From an uncultured delta proteobacterium (GTDB taxonomy: Bacteria > Desulfobacterota > Zymogenia > Zymogenales > Zymogenaceae), in contig CAWBYW010000037.1 of the NCBI GenBank assembly GCA_963792965.1, forward strand, positions 1 to 43,531: DNA of 43,531 bases. Reading direction: 5' to 3'. Below are positions 1-9,783 of the stretch, piece after piece. The notes below the pieces were generated by a model. The model was not told where the DNA came from. It did not search any database and worked only from the letters and a program-made list of their open reading frames with translations. A program made the position numbers and the translations under genes. Numbering within the stretch: the first letter of the stretch is position 1; every line of letters begins with the position of its first letter.

Positions 1-86
1 GACCCCTTTGCCCCGCGGCTCTTGCCGTATAATTCGAGATGTGTTATTCTTATTTCGTTTAAAAAACGTCGGGCAGGAGCAGAAGC

Positions 87-1112
87 ATGAAAAAAAATCG
101 TTTAGGCAAGACCGGGCTCATGGTTTCGGAACTCGGTTTCGGCGGGATCCCCATTATGCAGCTGGATGTAAACGATGCCGCTAAAATGGTCCGGTATTGT
201 TTCGATCGCGGCGTCACCTTTTTCGATACGGCAAACATGTATATGGACAGTGAAGGAAAAATCGGGCAGGCATTGGAAGGCGTGCGCGACCGGGTCGTCA
301 TCGCCACCAAGACGCTGGAAAGATCCAGGGAAAAGGCGGCCGAACATATCGCCAACAGCCTTAAGCAGCTTCGCACCGATTACATAGACCTCTTTCAATT
401 CCATAACCTGTCCGAGGAATCTGCATTGGAAACAGTGCTGGCCCCCGGCGGCGCCATGGAGGCGGCAACGGAGGCGAAAGTTAGGGGCCAGATCCGGCAT
501 ATCGGGTTCAGCGCCCATAACAAGGACGCGGCCCTCAAGGTCGTTCAAACCGGGCTGTTTGAAACCGTTCAGTTCCCCTTCAACTTTCTGGAGACCCAGG
601 CCCTTGAAGCCTTGCATCCGGCGGCCCTGGAAAGAGACATGGGCATCATAGCCATGAAACCTCTGGGCGGCGGCATGCTCGAGCGGGCCGACCTGTGTTT
701 CAAATTTCTCCAGCAATACCCGAACGTGATACCCATACCCGGGGTATCCAACAAAGAGGAATTCGACCAGATCGTGGCCCTGTACGAAACGCCGCAACCG
801 CTGACCGACCGGGACCGGCAGGACATGGAAGGCATACGTGAACAACTGGGAGAATCGTTCTGCCGGCGTTGCGGGTATTGCCTGCCCTGTCCGCAGGGGG
901 TGCTGATCAGGGAGGCCCAGATGTTTCCGGCCATCGTGAATCGCATGTCGCTCCGGCAGACCCTGGCCTTTATGAAAGTTCCGATCGCAACGATTGAGAA
1001 ATGCGTCGAATGCGGCGAATGCGAAGAGAAGTGCCCGTATGACCTGCCCATCGTCGAGATGCTCAGGGACCATGCGGAACGCTACCGGGAGCTCGAGGCC
1101 TCGCTGAAATAA
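87..1112 (+). CDS. Aldo/keto reductase with C-terminal 4Fe-4S dicluster domain
   Basis: AKR motifs LGKTGLMVSELGFG, FFDTANMY, IATK, YIDLFQFH; C-terminal CRRCGYCLPCP and CVECGECEEKCP ferredoxin motifs. Confidence 0.93.
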   Translation: MKKNRLGKTGLMVSELGFGGIPIMQLDVNDAAKMVRYCFDRGVTFFDTANMYMDSEGKIGQALEGVRDRVVIATKTLERSREKAAEHIANSLKQLRTDYIDLFQFHNLSEESALETVLAPGGAMEAATEAKVRGQIRHIGFSAHNKDAALKVVQTGLFETVQFPFNFLETQALEALHPAALERDMGIIAMKPLGGGMLERADLCFKFLQQYPNVIPIPGVSNKEEFDQIVALYETPQPLTDRDRQDMEGIREQLGESFCRRCGYCLPCPQGVLIREAQMFPAIVNRMSLRQTLAFMKVPIATIEKCVECGECEEKCPYDLPIVEMLRDHAERYRELEASLK

Positions 1113-1188
1113 AACAGATATAAGAGCCGTCCCCGAAAAAGGACAATGGGACTGAGCGTCATTGCGAGGAGGCCCGTGTGGGGCGATA

Positions 1189-1317
1189 GGCGGACACCAC
1201 ATGTGGTGTCCCTACGGATGCTAAGGACGTTTCGAGTTCTTCCCTGTCGGGGCCCCCAAAAGGCCCGCCTTTTGGGGTGATTTTCGGGGCCCCCATGAAG
1301 CCTGCTTCATGGGGTGA
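1189..1317 (-). repeat. Composite intergenic repeat copy 1 (two TCACCCC-hairpin-GGGGGCCCC units, purine tract, GTAG-type REP)
   Basis: Minus strand reads tcaccccATGAAGcagGCTTCATgggggcccc-like unit (1286-1317), tcaccccAAAAGGCggGCCTTTTgggggcccc (1249-1280), agggaagaac..., then gtagggacaccacatgtggtgtcc (1189-1215). Same order as the copies at 10509 and 23452. Confidence 0.8.
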
Positions 1318-1460
1318 TAAGGCCGACGCGGCGGGGATACACCGGGGTACGGCCCACCGGTGCTGCTGGGCCCCCTATCAGAAGGGCGTCCTGTTGAGGA
1401 AGGGAAACGGAAATGGGCCGGTACGGTATTTTGTTATCAACCGGGATCGTTGATACATTT

Positions 1461-1485
1461 GTAGGGGCGGCATTCATGCCGCCCG
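1461..1485 (+). repeat. GTAG-family REP palindrome
   Basis: GTAGGGGCGGCATTCATGCCGCCCG; near-identical copies at 10618-10642, 23570-23593 and 23686-23710. Confidence 0.85.
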
Positions 1486-1497
1486 TCTTACATTCAC

Positions 1498-1533
1498 CGT
1501 CATTGCGAGGGCCCGAAGGGGTGTGGCAATCTC
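1498..1533 (+). repeat. GTCATTGCGAG...GCAATC palindromic repeat (RPE/CIR-like)
   Basis: cgtcattgcgagggcccgaaggggtgtggcaatctc; related copy on the minus strand at 31127-31159 and partial copies at 1157, 29629 and 31187. Confidence 0.75.
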
Positions 1534-1601
1534 AGCTCGGATGGGAGGTAGAAAGTGACAACGAAAGACTTGACCCCTTTAACGGATACTAACCATAGGA
1601 T

Positions 1602-2264
1602 TCAAACGGAGACCTGACTCCTATTATTCTCCGACCCCGCTTTCTGGGTGGCGTCTTTACCTTTCTTCTTCTTCTTTCCCCCAAACTTAAAAGAAAACCT
1701 AAGCTGCTTCATGAGGAAGGAAGGAAAGCCCTCGGGTTCAAACCCTATACTCTCAAACTCCTTAATAATACCGTCAATTTGCTCTTCTATGGAGACTATA
1801 CTTTTATAGGATAAATTAGGCTTCGTCATAGGCAAATCATATTTTCGGATATTGAGATAGAGAGCGAAAACAGATGAATAAAACGATGCCGTTGACATGT
1901 CAATCGAAAAACCATTGTGTATAAAGGCAAGCACACTTTTTCTTAGCTCAATTAGTGATGGTCTAATAAGAGCCACTATTCCTTCTGATTCTGCTATTTT
2001 TCCTATTTTCTCTTCTTCTGATAACCCTGCAATCTCGATTGCCTCTAGGGTTCCAGCAATAGTTAGTTTTGATTCTCTTATCGAAAGGAATAATGGGTTT
2101 ATATAATTTATTCTAAAATCCTCGGTCTTCTCTACATGACTAAGATATCTAGTCAAGAATGCTCCCACGATTGCCCCACCTAATCCCGCAACAAGTACGC
2201 CAATTATGGGTAATCCAACTGAGATCAACGTTTTCAATAGGTCATATGTTTGATCAGGAGTCAT
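1602..2264 (-). CDS. Hypothetical protein with single N-terminal transmembrane helix (AT-rich island)
   Basis: ORF 1602..2315, with the ATG at 2264 (MTPDQ...) preferred as start; hydrophobic stretch LISVGLPIIGVLVAGLGGAIVGAFL; Lys-rich tail; AT-rich. Confidence 0.7.
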   Translation of the reverse strand: MTPDQTYDLLKTLISVGLPIIGVLVAGLGGAIVGAFLTRYLSHVEKTEDFRINYINPLFLSIRESKLTIAGTLEAIEIAGLSEEEKIGKIAESEGIVALIRPSLIELRKSVLAFIHNGFSIDMSTASFYSSVFALYLNIRKYDLPMTKPNLSYKSIVSIEEQIDGIIKEFESIGFEPEGFPSFLMKQLRFSFKFGGKKKKKGKDATQKAGSENNRSQVSV

Positions 2265-2302
2265 GTCAATACTATTAAGAATCAGTAAGATGGCCCATAA
2301 TT

Positions 2303-3190
2303 TTACTTCTCGCATTCACCCCTAGCAGATGGCACTTCTTGGAAGGGAATCCCCGCGATCTCAGCTTTATTCTGCATATTTATATCTGACGTAACTATAA
2401 AAACCCTTGCACCAAGATTACCTCGTATGACTTCCAGAGCTGTAGCTAAGAATCGATCATCTGGTATGGTCGGATCAAGCCATGACAGAGTTTGCGTCAT
2501 GTTTGGTTCCACCGCAACAGCGCCAAGCGATATAAGACCATTCACAATTACGACTCCCTCATTTAGGGAACCTCGCCGCCGATACTCTTTGATCTTCCGG
2601 ACTATCTTTGCTGCCTTATCGCGTACTTCTTGAGTTTTTCTGCCGTTATCTTTTAGATCATCGAGTTCAGAAAGTATAGTTGGTGTCAGGATGATCGTGT
2701 AATGACTGGTATCTTCAAACCGCCAGTCTTCAACATCTGGATTGCCTATCATGGCGGAGGTGTCGGGGATTGCCAGCGTGTCGTCCGAAGAGGCTTCCCA
2801 GTAACTCTCGATTGTATTTATAATTTTATCAATTGATTTCCGAAAGTCGTTAATAGCACCGTCCATTGTCTTACGCCAGGTCAGCCCTTCTTGGTTCACC
2901 ATACTTCTGACTATTTCCAGGTCATCTTTCAAGTCGGCCTGAGGAGTGGAGGGTAGATTCCGCGTCAGCGTGCGAACAAGTTCAGAAAATCGATCGACCT
3001 CCGTAAGCAATCGAGTCTGAATTTGCTTCCCTCCTGTCGGCAAGTCATTCCAGACTTCCCAGTATTGTCTTGATACAGTAGTGTTAACTTCCATCTTATG
3101 CATTCCCGAAAACTCCTTTAGTAATCGGACCCCGTCATCGCAGATTCGTTCTGCTCGACCACGGAGGACATCCAGCATTGTATTACTCAT
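2303..3190 (-). CDS. PIN-domain ribonuclease with N-terminal helical extension
   Basis: PIN acidic motifs IPDTSAM, PTILSELDDLK, PDDRFLA, VTSDINMQNKA in the C-terminal half; start at ATG 3190 (ORF track uses TTG 3208). Confidence 0.85.
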   Translation of the reverse strand: MSNTMLDVLRGRAERICDDGVRLLKEFSGMHKMEVNTTVSRQYWEVWNDLPTGGKQIQTRLLTEVDRFSELVRTLTRNLPSTPQADLKDDLEIVRSMVNQEGLTWRKTMDGAINDFRKSIDKIINTIESYWEASSDDTLAIPDTSAMIGNPDVEDWRFEDTSHYTIILTPTILSELDDLKDNGRKTQEVRDKAAKIVRKIKEYRRRGSLNEGVVIVNGLISLGAVAVEPNMTQTLSWLDPTIPDDRFLATALEVIRGNLGARVFIVTSDINMQNKAEIAGIPFQEVPSARGECEK

Positions 3191-3256
3191 GGTAAAACCA
3201 CTTCTCAAGTCGGCTTCAAACTCATGTTCAAAGATAAGACCGCCTCTCTTTCTATA

Positions 3257-4240
3257 TCATGTCTTGTACTTGTCTTGGTCTTGAGAACAAAGCTCAATAC
3301 ATCTATTAATCCAATTCTGATACCAATACCAGACACCTTGCACATCAACTCCAAAACCTTTGCTCGGGTTCTTCGCATCTTCTGACTGCCACATCCGCAC
3401 ATGTTCAGGAAACACGCGGAAGCGGTTGAATCCGGCTATTTGGACTGCCGCGACAACATCTTTGGCCCGGAACTTGGGTTTTTCCACCTCCTTCTTCACC
3501 CAATACTCTTTGTCGATTGCCTTAGCAAGCTCTGATTTCGGGTCAATGAACTCGATGACCTTGTCAGCGTGCCCTGGCCGGTTGACCATTTTTCTCTTGA
3601 ATAGTAGGCGGAAAGAGTATTTAGGACTATTGTATTCTTCGTGCGTCAGCGCGCCGTCGAATTCAGCGATATACATCCGCAGTCTCTCAGGTATAACGGC
3701 CTCCGGTCTACCTCCTCCAATTTGCTCTTCGGTAAGCTCCATGAACTGTATAGAGTAGGTTAGTTGTTGATCGATACCAAGCCTTTCTCCAAATAGGTGC
3801 TTTAGATAGTGGTTATAATTCAATGCGCATGCTTGGTAGCGACCGCTTAGGTAGGAATCTAACGCGTGCGTCATTTGATGCTCAATCTCGTGTCGAAGAC
3901 CAATAAGAAACTGAAGGTTGTTAACCGCTTCTTTGTCAATCGGGCACCCGCTTTGGCTAAGGCATCTCTCTAGCTCCCAGTATTTGTAGGCGCCATGCTT
4001 GGTACGCTTATAGACTTTTCGGGACCTACCCTGTCTATAATATCGGTATTCGATTTTTCTTTCACGAAAATACGCATGCAGCAAATAGGTCCACGCAATG
4101 ATCATAAGCACAATAAATGTCTCTGACTTAAATTGTACCTGGGGATCATTGAATACACGTATGGCTGTCAACGCTGCCTCACGTGACTTCGAGATCAGTT
4201 CAGCTTTCATAGATCCGATGGACCGCTTTCTTACTCTCAT
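3257..4240 (-). CDS. DUF3644-family protein (HEPN-like, RxxxxH motif)
   Basis: N-terminus ELISKSREAALTAIRVFNDP...ETFIVLMIIAWTYLLHAYF is characteristic of DUF3644; RHEIEH matches the HEPN RxxxxH motif. Confidence 0.82.
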   Translation of the reverse strand: MRVRKRSIGSMKAELISKSREAALTAIRVFNDPQVQFKSETFIVLMIIAWTYLLHAYFRERKIEYRYYRQGRSRKVYKRTKHGAYKYWELERCLSQSGCPIDKEAVNNLQFLIGLRHEIEHQMTHALDSYLSGRYQACALNYNHYLKHLFGERLGIDQQLTYSIQFMELTEEQIGGGRPEAVIPERLRMYIAEFDGALTHEEYNSPKYSFRLLFKRKMVNRPGHADKVIEFIDPKSELAKAIDKEYWVKKEVEKPKFRAKDVVAAVQIAGFNRFRVFPEHVRMWQSEDAKNPSKGFGVDVQGVWYWYQNWINRCIELCSQDQDKYKT

Positions 4241-4298
4241 ACTACTGCACTAAATATAGCGTGAAGGTAATCGGCCGGTCCGGAGTATCTCGTCGCGG

Positions 4299-4784
4299 TC
4301 ACGCCCTTTTTTCCTGGTTCTCCCTCATCTTGGCCATGTTCCATAACGAGAACCCGATGAAGAAGCCCTTGGCTATGAAGTAATAGCCCATCCCATTGCA
4401 GATGGTAAACATGATATTCCCCTCGCCGCTGGCGGGTTTCGCCATCGCCAGGTATATTCCTGCCCCCACGCACAAAGCGCCGGAAAGGACGGCCACTAAT
4501 TGCGTGAAAAAATACTTGGGGTCTTTATATCTATTACCTACTACTTGGGGACCGCTTTCTTTATGCGGAGCCTCGGCCTGGATATTATCCCCGGGAAACG
4601 CCCGGACTTCGGGGATGGTAATGGGTTGTTCCTCCATCTTTTGCGCCTGGGGAAACACCTCTCGCTTAACGAAGATGCCGGTCTTGCACTTGGGGCATGA
4701 GACGTTCCGGCCTTCTTCGGGGACGAGTTTATCCGCGATATTTCCTGAAAATCCACAGTTAGGGCATTTGACCTGCATCTCCAA
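4299..4784 (-). CDS. Zinc-ribbon (MJ0042-finger-like) membrane protein
   Basis: N-terminal CPNC...CPKC; two C-terminal hydrophobic helices. Confidence 0.8.
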   Translation of the reverse strand: MEMQVKCPNCGFSGNIADKLVPEEGRNVSCPKCKTGIFVKREVFPQAQKMEEQPITIPEVRAFPGDNIQAEAPHKESGPQVVGNRYKDPKYFFTQLVAVLSGALCVGAGIYLAMAKPASGEGNIMFTICNGMGYYFIAKGFFIGFSLWNMAKMRENQEKRA

Positions 4785-5043
4785 GCCTCATCTTAAAGGG
4801 TGTGTCGATCTCTCGCAGCCATCCTCTCGTCCGGTTTGTTCGCGGCCCGCTCGCTGTGCAAATAAAAAGGCTCAGGGCGGCGCGGGCAGGTCAGTATCGA
4901 CCCGCGTCAGCATGAGCCTCTAGAAAGGACAGTTTCATTTTCTAACCGCCGTTACCCGAAGGATAAATCCACGCGTAACGGTTGTCAAGTTTTTTCTATT
5001 GATTTGTCGTCAGGAGGGAGAATAGGCGGCAGGTCTGCCGTCC

Positions 5044-5487
5044 TTATTTCCCCAGCGCCTTGTTGAAGAAGAAGAGGTACGCGCCGAGCTTCTGCAGATC
5101 GTCCGGGCCGGAGTACCTCAGCGCCGTCATGCCCGACGAGTTGTCGATGGAGCCGGAGGCGATGCGTCCGATGGACCAGCCCGCGGCGTCCTCGACCGTG
5201 CCGTTGTCGCGGATGCGCCCCACGGTCCACCCCGACGCGTTTTCGATCGTGCCGTCTTCCCGGACGCGTCCTATCGTCCAGCCGGACGAATCCTCGACGT
5301 TCCCGTTATCCCGGATGCGCCCGATCGTCCACCCCGTCGCGTTCTCGATGGCGCCGTTGGTCCGGATCCTCCCGACCGTCCGTCCCGAGGGGTCCTCGAC
5401 CGTGATGTCGGACTGCGCGAGCGCCGGGGCCGCGGCCGCGAGCATGAAAAGGACAAAGATCCATATCGTCCGCCGGCGCATCGTCAC
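5044..5487 (-). CDS. Secreted repeat protein (beta-flower-like, ~17-aa repeats)
   Basis: Signal peptide (MRRRTIWIFVLFMLAAAAPALA) followed by 5-6 repeats of xG(T/N)(V/I)E(D/N)xSGWT(I/V)GRIR. Confidence 0.8.
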   Translation of the reverse strand: MTMRRRTIWIFVLFMLAAAAPALAQSDITVEDPSGRTVGRIRTNGAIENATGWTIGRIRDNGNVEDSSGWTIGRVREDGTIENASGWTVGRIRDNGTVEDAAGWSIGRIASGSIDNSSGMTALRYSGPDDLQKLGAYLFFFNKALGK

Positions 5488-6497
5488 TTCCCCCAGAATG
5501 CCACGATGTTAACCGTAAAGTCGGGCACCGTGAAGTCTATCTCGCGCGTGTATCCCTTCGGGTCGCCCCCCACCTCGATCGGCTCATCCCTGGTAAACGT
5601 CAGCCTGACCCCGTCGGCCAGGAAATCGACGATCTTGTGGCTGAAATAGGTCCCGGACCAGAACCCCTGGATGTGCCTGATGGCATCCGACACATCTAAG
5701 TTGGCGATCCTCAGGTTCATCATCCCCGGCACTCTCCCCGCATAGGGGAAGGCGCGCAGCGCGTAGCCGAAAAAGGGGATCGTGCCGGCCGCGACGATCG
5801 CGGCGGGCCCGTGGTAGATGACCTTGCTCGTCCTGTCGGTGATGGGGAAGTAGTTCCCCTTCCGGTCGGGCTTGAGGAGCCGGCTTCCGGTAAAGGTGAC
5901 CTCCACCTCGAGGGCTTCCGCGCCCCGCACGAACCGCGGGACCGTCTTCACGGCGGAGGCGCAGATATAGCCGAAGAGGTTTTTCATGAGCGGGGAGATA
6001 AACGATCCGTTCAGCTCGCGGTTGAGCTCGTAGTAGTCGTTGAGGATCGCGGCGTCCCACCCCACGCCCGCAAAGGGACAGAGGAGGTCGCCCACCTGGA
6101 CGAGCGGGTAGGCGGAAATGGAATAGTAGCCACCGTTTACGACGCGGGAAAGCTGCGCCAGCCCCCCCTTGACCCCCACCGCGTAGGTCCAGGCGTTGCC
6201 GGTCCCCATCTTGAGGATGCCGATGGGCGGCACGGGAAAGTCAAGGCCTGCGAGCTGAATCTTCCTTATGGTGGAGACGGTCGTGACGATCGTCCCGTCG
6301 CCCCCGCCGCAAAAGATCATGTCGAAACCGCCCTCCAGTATCTCACGGACGGCCTGTTGCGCCTCCACGATCGTACCGGTGGCCCAGATCTGTTTCTTCG
6401 GCACGATGCGCGCGATGTTCGCCTCCAGGAGACCTGTATAGCGGCGGGCGTTCTTGTTGAGGATGACCGCGACTCTCTTTTTCTTTCGGGACACCAT
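5484..6497 (-). CDS. Diacylglycerol kinase family lipid kinase
   Basis: VILNKNA, GGGDGT and GILKMGTGN motifs; GVGWDA; start placed at ATG 6497 (MVSRKKK). Confidence 0.88.
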   Translation of the reverse strand: MVSRKKKRVAVILNKNARRYTGLLEANIARIVPKKQIWATGTIVEAQQAVREILEGGFDMIFCGGGDGTIVTTVSTIRKIQLAGLDFPVPPIGILKMGTGNAWTYAVGVKGGLAQLSRVVNGGYYSISAYPLVQVGDLLCPFAGVGWDAAILNDYYELNRELNGSFISPLMKNLFGYICASAVKTVPRFVRGAEALEVEVTFTGSRLLKPDRKGNYFPITDRTSKVIYHGPAAIVAAGTIPFFGYALRAFPYAGRVPGMMNLRIANLDVSDAIRHIQGFWSGTYFSHKIVDFLADGVRLTFTRDEPIEVGGDPKGYTREIDFTVPDFTVNIVAFWGK

Positions 6498-6740
6498 CGA
6501 TATCTTCTCTGATAAACGTTTAGCACCAAAAAGTGCCGTGAGTCCCACGGGAACGGCCCCGCCGGCGACAGTCGTACAATCGTAGGCGATTTCCGGGGGG
6601 GTGTCAAACGAAATCTCCGTGACGGGGCGCGGCGCGGCCGGGGTCCATCCGCCGCGCACGGAGCGGGCCCGGCTGAACTTTTGGGGCCCTTCACATAAAT
6701 CTTGACTGTTCTTAGTTAATCGTAATAGTATGCAATTTCA

Positions 6741-7596
6741 ATGGAAGGAGACAGCGCGCACAACGGAAACACGGTAAAGATCGCGGGCATCCAGTTTGCC
6801 ACTGTCGACGACGTCGACAAGAACGTCGCGCGGGCAAAGGAGCTGTTGGCGCTCGCCCACGAGCGCGGGGCCCGCGTCGCGTCGTTTGCGGAGCTCTTCT
6901 CGTCCCCTTGGTTTCCGGTCCAGACAAACGCCGACCCCACCCCCTTTTCCCAGACCGTCCCGGGCCCCCTCGTCGAGGAATTCTCGTCGCTTGCCCGCCT
7001 CTACGAGATGGTGATCGTGCTGCCACTGTGCGAGGCGAAAGGGGCCGCGCACCTATAACGCGGCGGCAGTTATCGACGCCGACGGAAAGCTCCTCGGGAC
7101 GTACCGGAAGGTGCACGTCCCCCAGATTCCCCTCTGGTACGAGCGGGACTGCTTTACCCCCGGCGACACGGGGTTTCCCGTCTTTTCGACCCGGTACGTC
7201 ACGCTCGGGGTGCAGATCTGCTGGGACAATTTCTTTCCCGAGGGGTGCCGGGCGCTGGCGCTCAAGGGGGCCAGGCTCATAGTGTGCCCCACGGCCGCGG
7301 CCATGAAGACCCATGAGCGCTGGCAGACGGTGATCGCGGCAAACAGCATCACCAACGGCGTCTTTTCGCTGAGGGTCAACCGCACGGGGAGCGAGGCCGC
7401 CCAGGATTTTTACGGGGAGACGTTTGCGGCCAATCCCGACGGCGAGCTGATGGGCGAGCCCTCGGGGATGAACGATTCGGTGTCGATCTACGACATCGAC
7501 ACCGGCGAGGTCGAGCGGGTCAGGTCGCTCTGGCCCTTCCTCGAAGACCGGCGCCCCACCGTATACCGCAAGGAGCCGGGATTGGGGAAGAAATAG
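6741..7596 (+). CDS. Carbon-nitrogen hydrolase (nitrilase superfamily amidase), split by a +1 frameshift near 7041-7044
   Basis: Catalytic triad motifs FAELF (E), YRKVH (K) and QICWD (C) are spread over ORFs 6741..7058 and 7111..7596; removing one G from GGGG at 7041-7044 joins them (AKGPRTYNAAAVID). Confidence 0.88.
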
Positions 7597-7832
7597 GCGA
7601 ATGGGGCGGTGTAACGCCCTTTTTTTCTTGCGATAAACAAGGATTTGTGCGATCTTTTCATGATATAATGTAATCTAAACTATAGGACGGACGGGGAGGG
7701 ACGATACAGGATAATCGGGGCGGGGCCGCTCTGGCGGCCGGGCTGATACGCTCTCACAACGTGTTACGGGGGTGGCAGAGAGCCATCTCCTGAAAAAAAA
7801 GATACATACTCTCACAAAGGGGAGGGTTCCCT

Positions 7833-8042
7833 ATGACGTTAGAAAAGAAACTCTGTGCCGTATGCGCATGGAGAAGAAACTGTCAGAAGAAATTTTCTAG
7901 CTCGTCTGGGGTATCGGGGGCCCTGTACTGTTCCGATTTCACCAAGGACCTCTCCATTAAAGACGAACCGATCGATCGAGCGCTCGACGAAAAGAACCGA
8001 GAAGCCGAGATGAAGAAGAAAGACAAATACTGGAAGTGGTAA
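7833..8042 (+). CDS. Small Cys-rich hypothetical protein
   Basis: CAVCAWRRNC...C motif; GGGAGG RBS upstream; directly upstream of argS. Confidence 0.75.
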   Translation: MTLEKKLCAVCAWRRNCQKKFSSSSGVSGALYCSDFTKDLSIKDEPIDRALDEKNREAEMKKKDKYWKW

Positions 8043-8058
8043 CGGGAGCTGCTCAATT

Positions 8059-9747
8059 TTGGTAAAAGAAACCCTGAGAGAGTTCATCGGTAGTTCTCTG
8101 GCCAAACTAAAAGACAGCGGTTTTCTCTCTTCCGACAATCTTCCCCTTCCCCAGATAGAGATTCCCAAGGATCCCCTCCATGGCGATTTTGCCACCAACG
8201 TCGCCATGATCCTTGCCGCGGACGAAAAGAAAAACCCACGCGAGCTCGCGCAGCGCCTGGTCGGCATCATGACGGACAACGGCGGACTTGTGGGCAAGGG
8301 AATCGTCGAGCGCGTCGAGGTGGCCGGGCCCGGGTTTATCAACATCACGCTGGCCAGGGACTTCTGGCACGAGACCGTCCGGCGCGTCCTTATCGAGAAG
8401 GACGGCTATGGCAGCGTGGACATCGGCAAGGGACAGCGGGTCCAGATAGAGTTCGTCAGCGCAAATCCCACGGGGCCGCTGCACGTCGGGCACGCCCGGG
8501 GCGGCGTGGTGGGCGATACGCTGGCCTCGATCCTTGCCGCCGCGGGCTATGAGGTCCAGCGGGAATATTACATCAACGACGCGGGCTCCCAGGTGGAAAA
8601 CCTCGGCAAGAGCGTCATGGCGCGCTACCGGGAACTTTTCGGGCAGAGTGTTGTCTTTGAAGATAACTACTATCATGGACAGTACGTCAAGGAGATCGCT
8701 GAGCGGATAAAGGAGGCCGAGGGCGACCGGCTCCTGGCTATCGGGGAGCGCGACGCGGTCTCGTATTGCATAAAGACCTCCGAGCGGGCGATCCTGGATG
8801 AGATACGGAAAGACCTCGAGGATTTCGGGATCGTCTTCGACGAGTGGTTCTCGGAAAAGAGCCTCTACGAAGAGGGGCTCGTCGACAAATACATCAAGGA
8901 ATTCAAAGAGCGCCGGCTGATCTACGAGAAAGAAGGGGCGCTCTGGTTTGACACGACCGACTACGGCGACGACAAGGACCGCGTCGTCATCAAGAGCGAC
9001 AAGGAGCCGACCTATTTCGCCTCGGACATCGCCTATCACTGGGACAAGTTCCACCGCCGGGGGTTCGACATCGTCATCAACGTCTGGGGGGCGGACCACC
9101 ACGGCTACGTGGTGAGGATGAAGGCGGCGGTAAAGGCGATGGGGATAAAGCCCGATAACCTCGTGCTGCTCCTCGTGCAGCTGGTCAACCTGATCCGGGC
9201 GGGAAAACCGGTATCGATGTCGAAGCGGGCCGGCGAATTCGTCACGCTCAGGGACGTGCTCGACGAGGTGGGCAAGGACGCGATGCGCTACTTCATGCTC
9301 ATGCGGAGCCACGATTCGCACCTTGACTTCGACCTGGACCTCGCCACAAAAAAATCGCAGGAGAACCCGGTCTACTACGTCCAGTACGCCCATGCCCGCA
9401 TCAGCTCGATCACCCGCCAGGCGCACGATGCCGGCTTGTCGCTGCCCGCGGACGCCGCCGCGCTCGATCTGTCGCCGCTGGTGCTTCCCGAGGAGATTTC
9501 CCTCATGAAGATCGTCTCGCGGTTTTCCGATGTCATAGCGGACTCGGCCCAACAGATGGAGCCGCACCGGATCATCTTCTATGTCTTCGAGCTGGCCTCG
9601 GAGTTTCACAGCTACTACAACCGTCACCGGGTGATCGGCGAGGACAGGGCGCTCTCCATTGCCCGGCTGGGGCTGGTCGGCGCGGTGCAGACCGTCATCA
9701 AGAAGGCATTGGATATCGCGGGAATATCGGCGCCGGAGCGGATGTAA
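8059..9747 (+). CDS. argS: Arginine--tRNA ligase
   Basis: HGDFATN, EFVSANPTGPLHVGH (HIGH motif), MSKRAG, YVQYAHARI and terminal APERM. Confidence 0.98.
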   Translation: MVKETLREFIGSSLAKLKDSGFLSSDNLPLPQIEIPKDPLHGDFATNVAMILAADEKKNPRELAQRLVGIMTDNGGLVGKGIVERVEVAGPGFINITLARDFWHETVRRVLIEKDGYGSVDIGKGQRVQIEFVSANPTGPLHVGHARGGVVGDTLASILAAAGYEVQREYYINDAGSQVENLGKSVMARYRELFGQSVVFEDNYYHGQYVKEIAERIKEAEGDRLLAIGERDAVSYCIKTSERAILDEIRKDLEDFGIVFDEWFSEKSLYEEGLVDKYIKEFKERRLIYEKEGALWFDTTDYGDDKDRVVIKSDKEPTYFASDIAYHWDKFHRRGFDIVINVWGADHHGYVVRMKAAVKAMGIKPDNLVLLLVQLVNLIRAGKPVSMSKRAGEFVTLRDVLDEVGKDAMRYFMLMRSHDSHLDFDLDLATKKSQENPVYYVQYAHARISSITRQAHDAGLSLPADAAALDLSPLVLPEEISLMKIVSRFSDVIADSAQQMEPHRIIFYVFELASEFHSYYNRHRVIGEDRALSIARLGLVGAVQTVIKKALDIAGISAPERM

Positions 9748-9783
9748 GGAAGTCTTGTTTCATATGAGAAAGGGAGGTATGAC

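Noticed and set aside
1249-1317. Hairpin pairs here and at 10509 and 23452 as possible CRISPR repeats
   Set aside because: Only two units per site, separated by 4-5 bp with no spacer-length unique sequences, and no cas genes.
1565-1621. Two AGAC(T/C)TGAC(C/T)CC motifs at the left island edge
   Set aside because: Short and degenerate with no counterpart at the right edge, so they cannot be supported as att sites or target duplications.
1602-4240. Island genes as integron cassettes
   Set aside because: Gaps between genes are short, with no attC-like RYYYAAC...GTTRRRY palindromes, and no integrase is present.
7745-7817. Short direct repeat gatac..ctctcacaa upstream of the argS operon
   Set aside because: Only two short copies with no recognisable T-box or riboswitch motif; insufficient support.
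8107-9627. Long antisense ORFs (8107..9627, 102..1202, 16368..17663, 33172..34458 and others)
   Set aside because: Shadow ORFs opposite well-supported genes, expected in GC-rich coding DNA.
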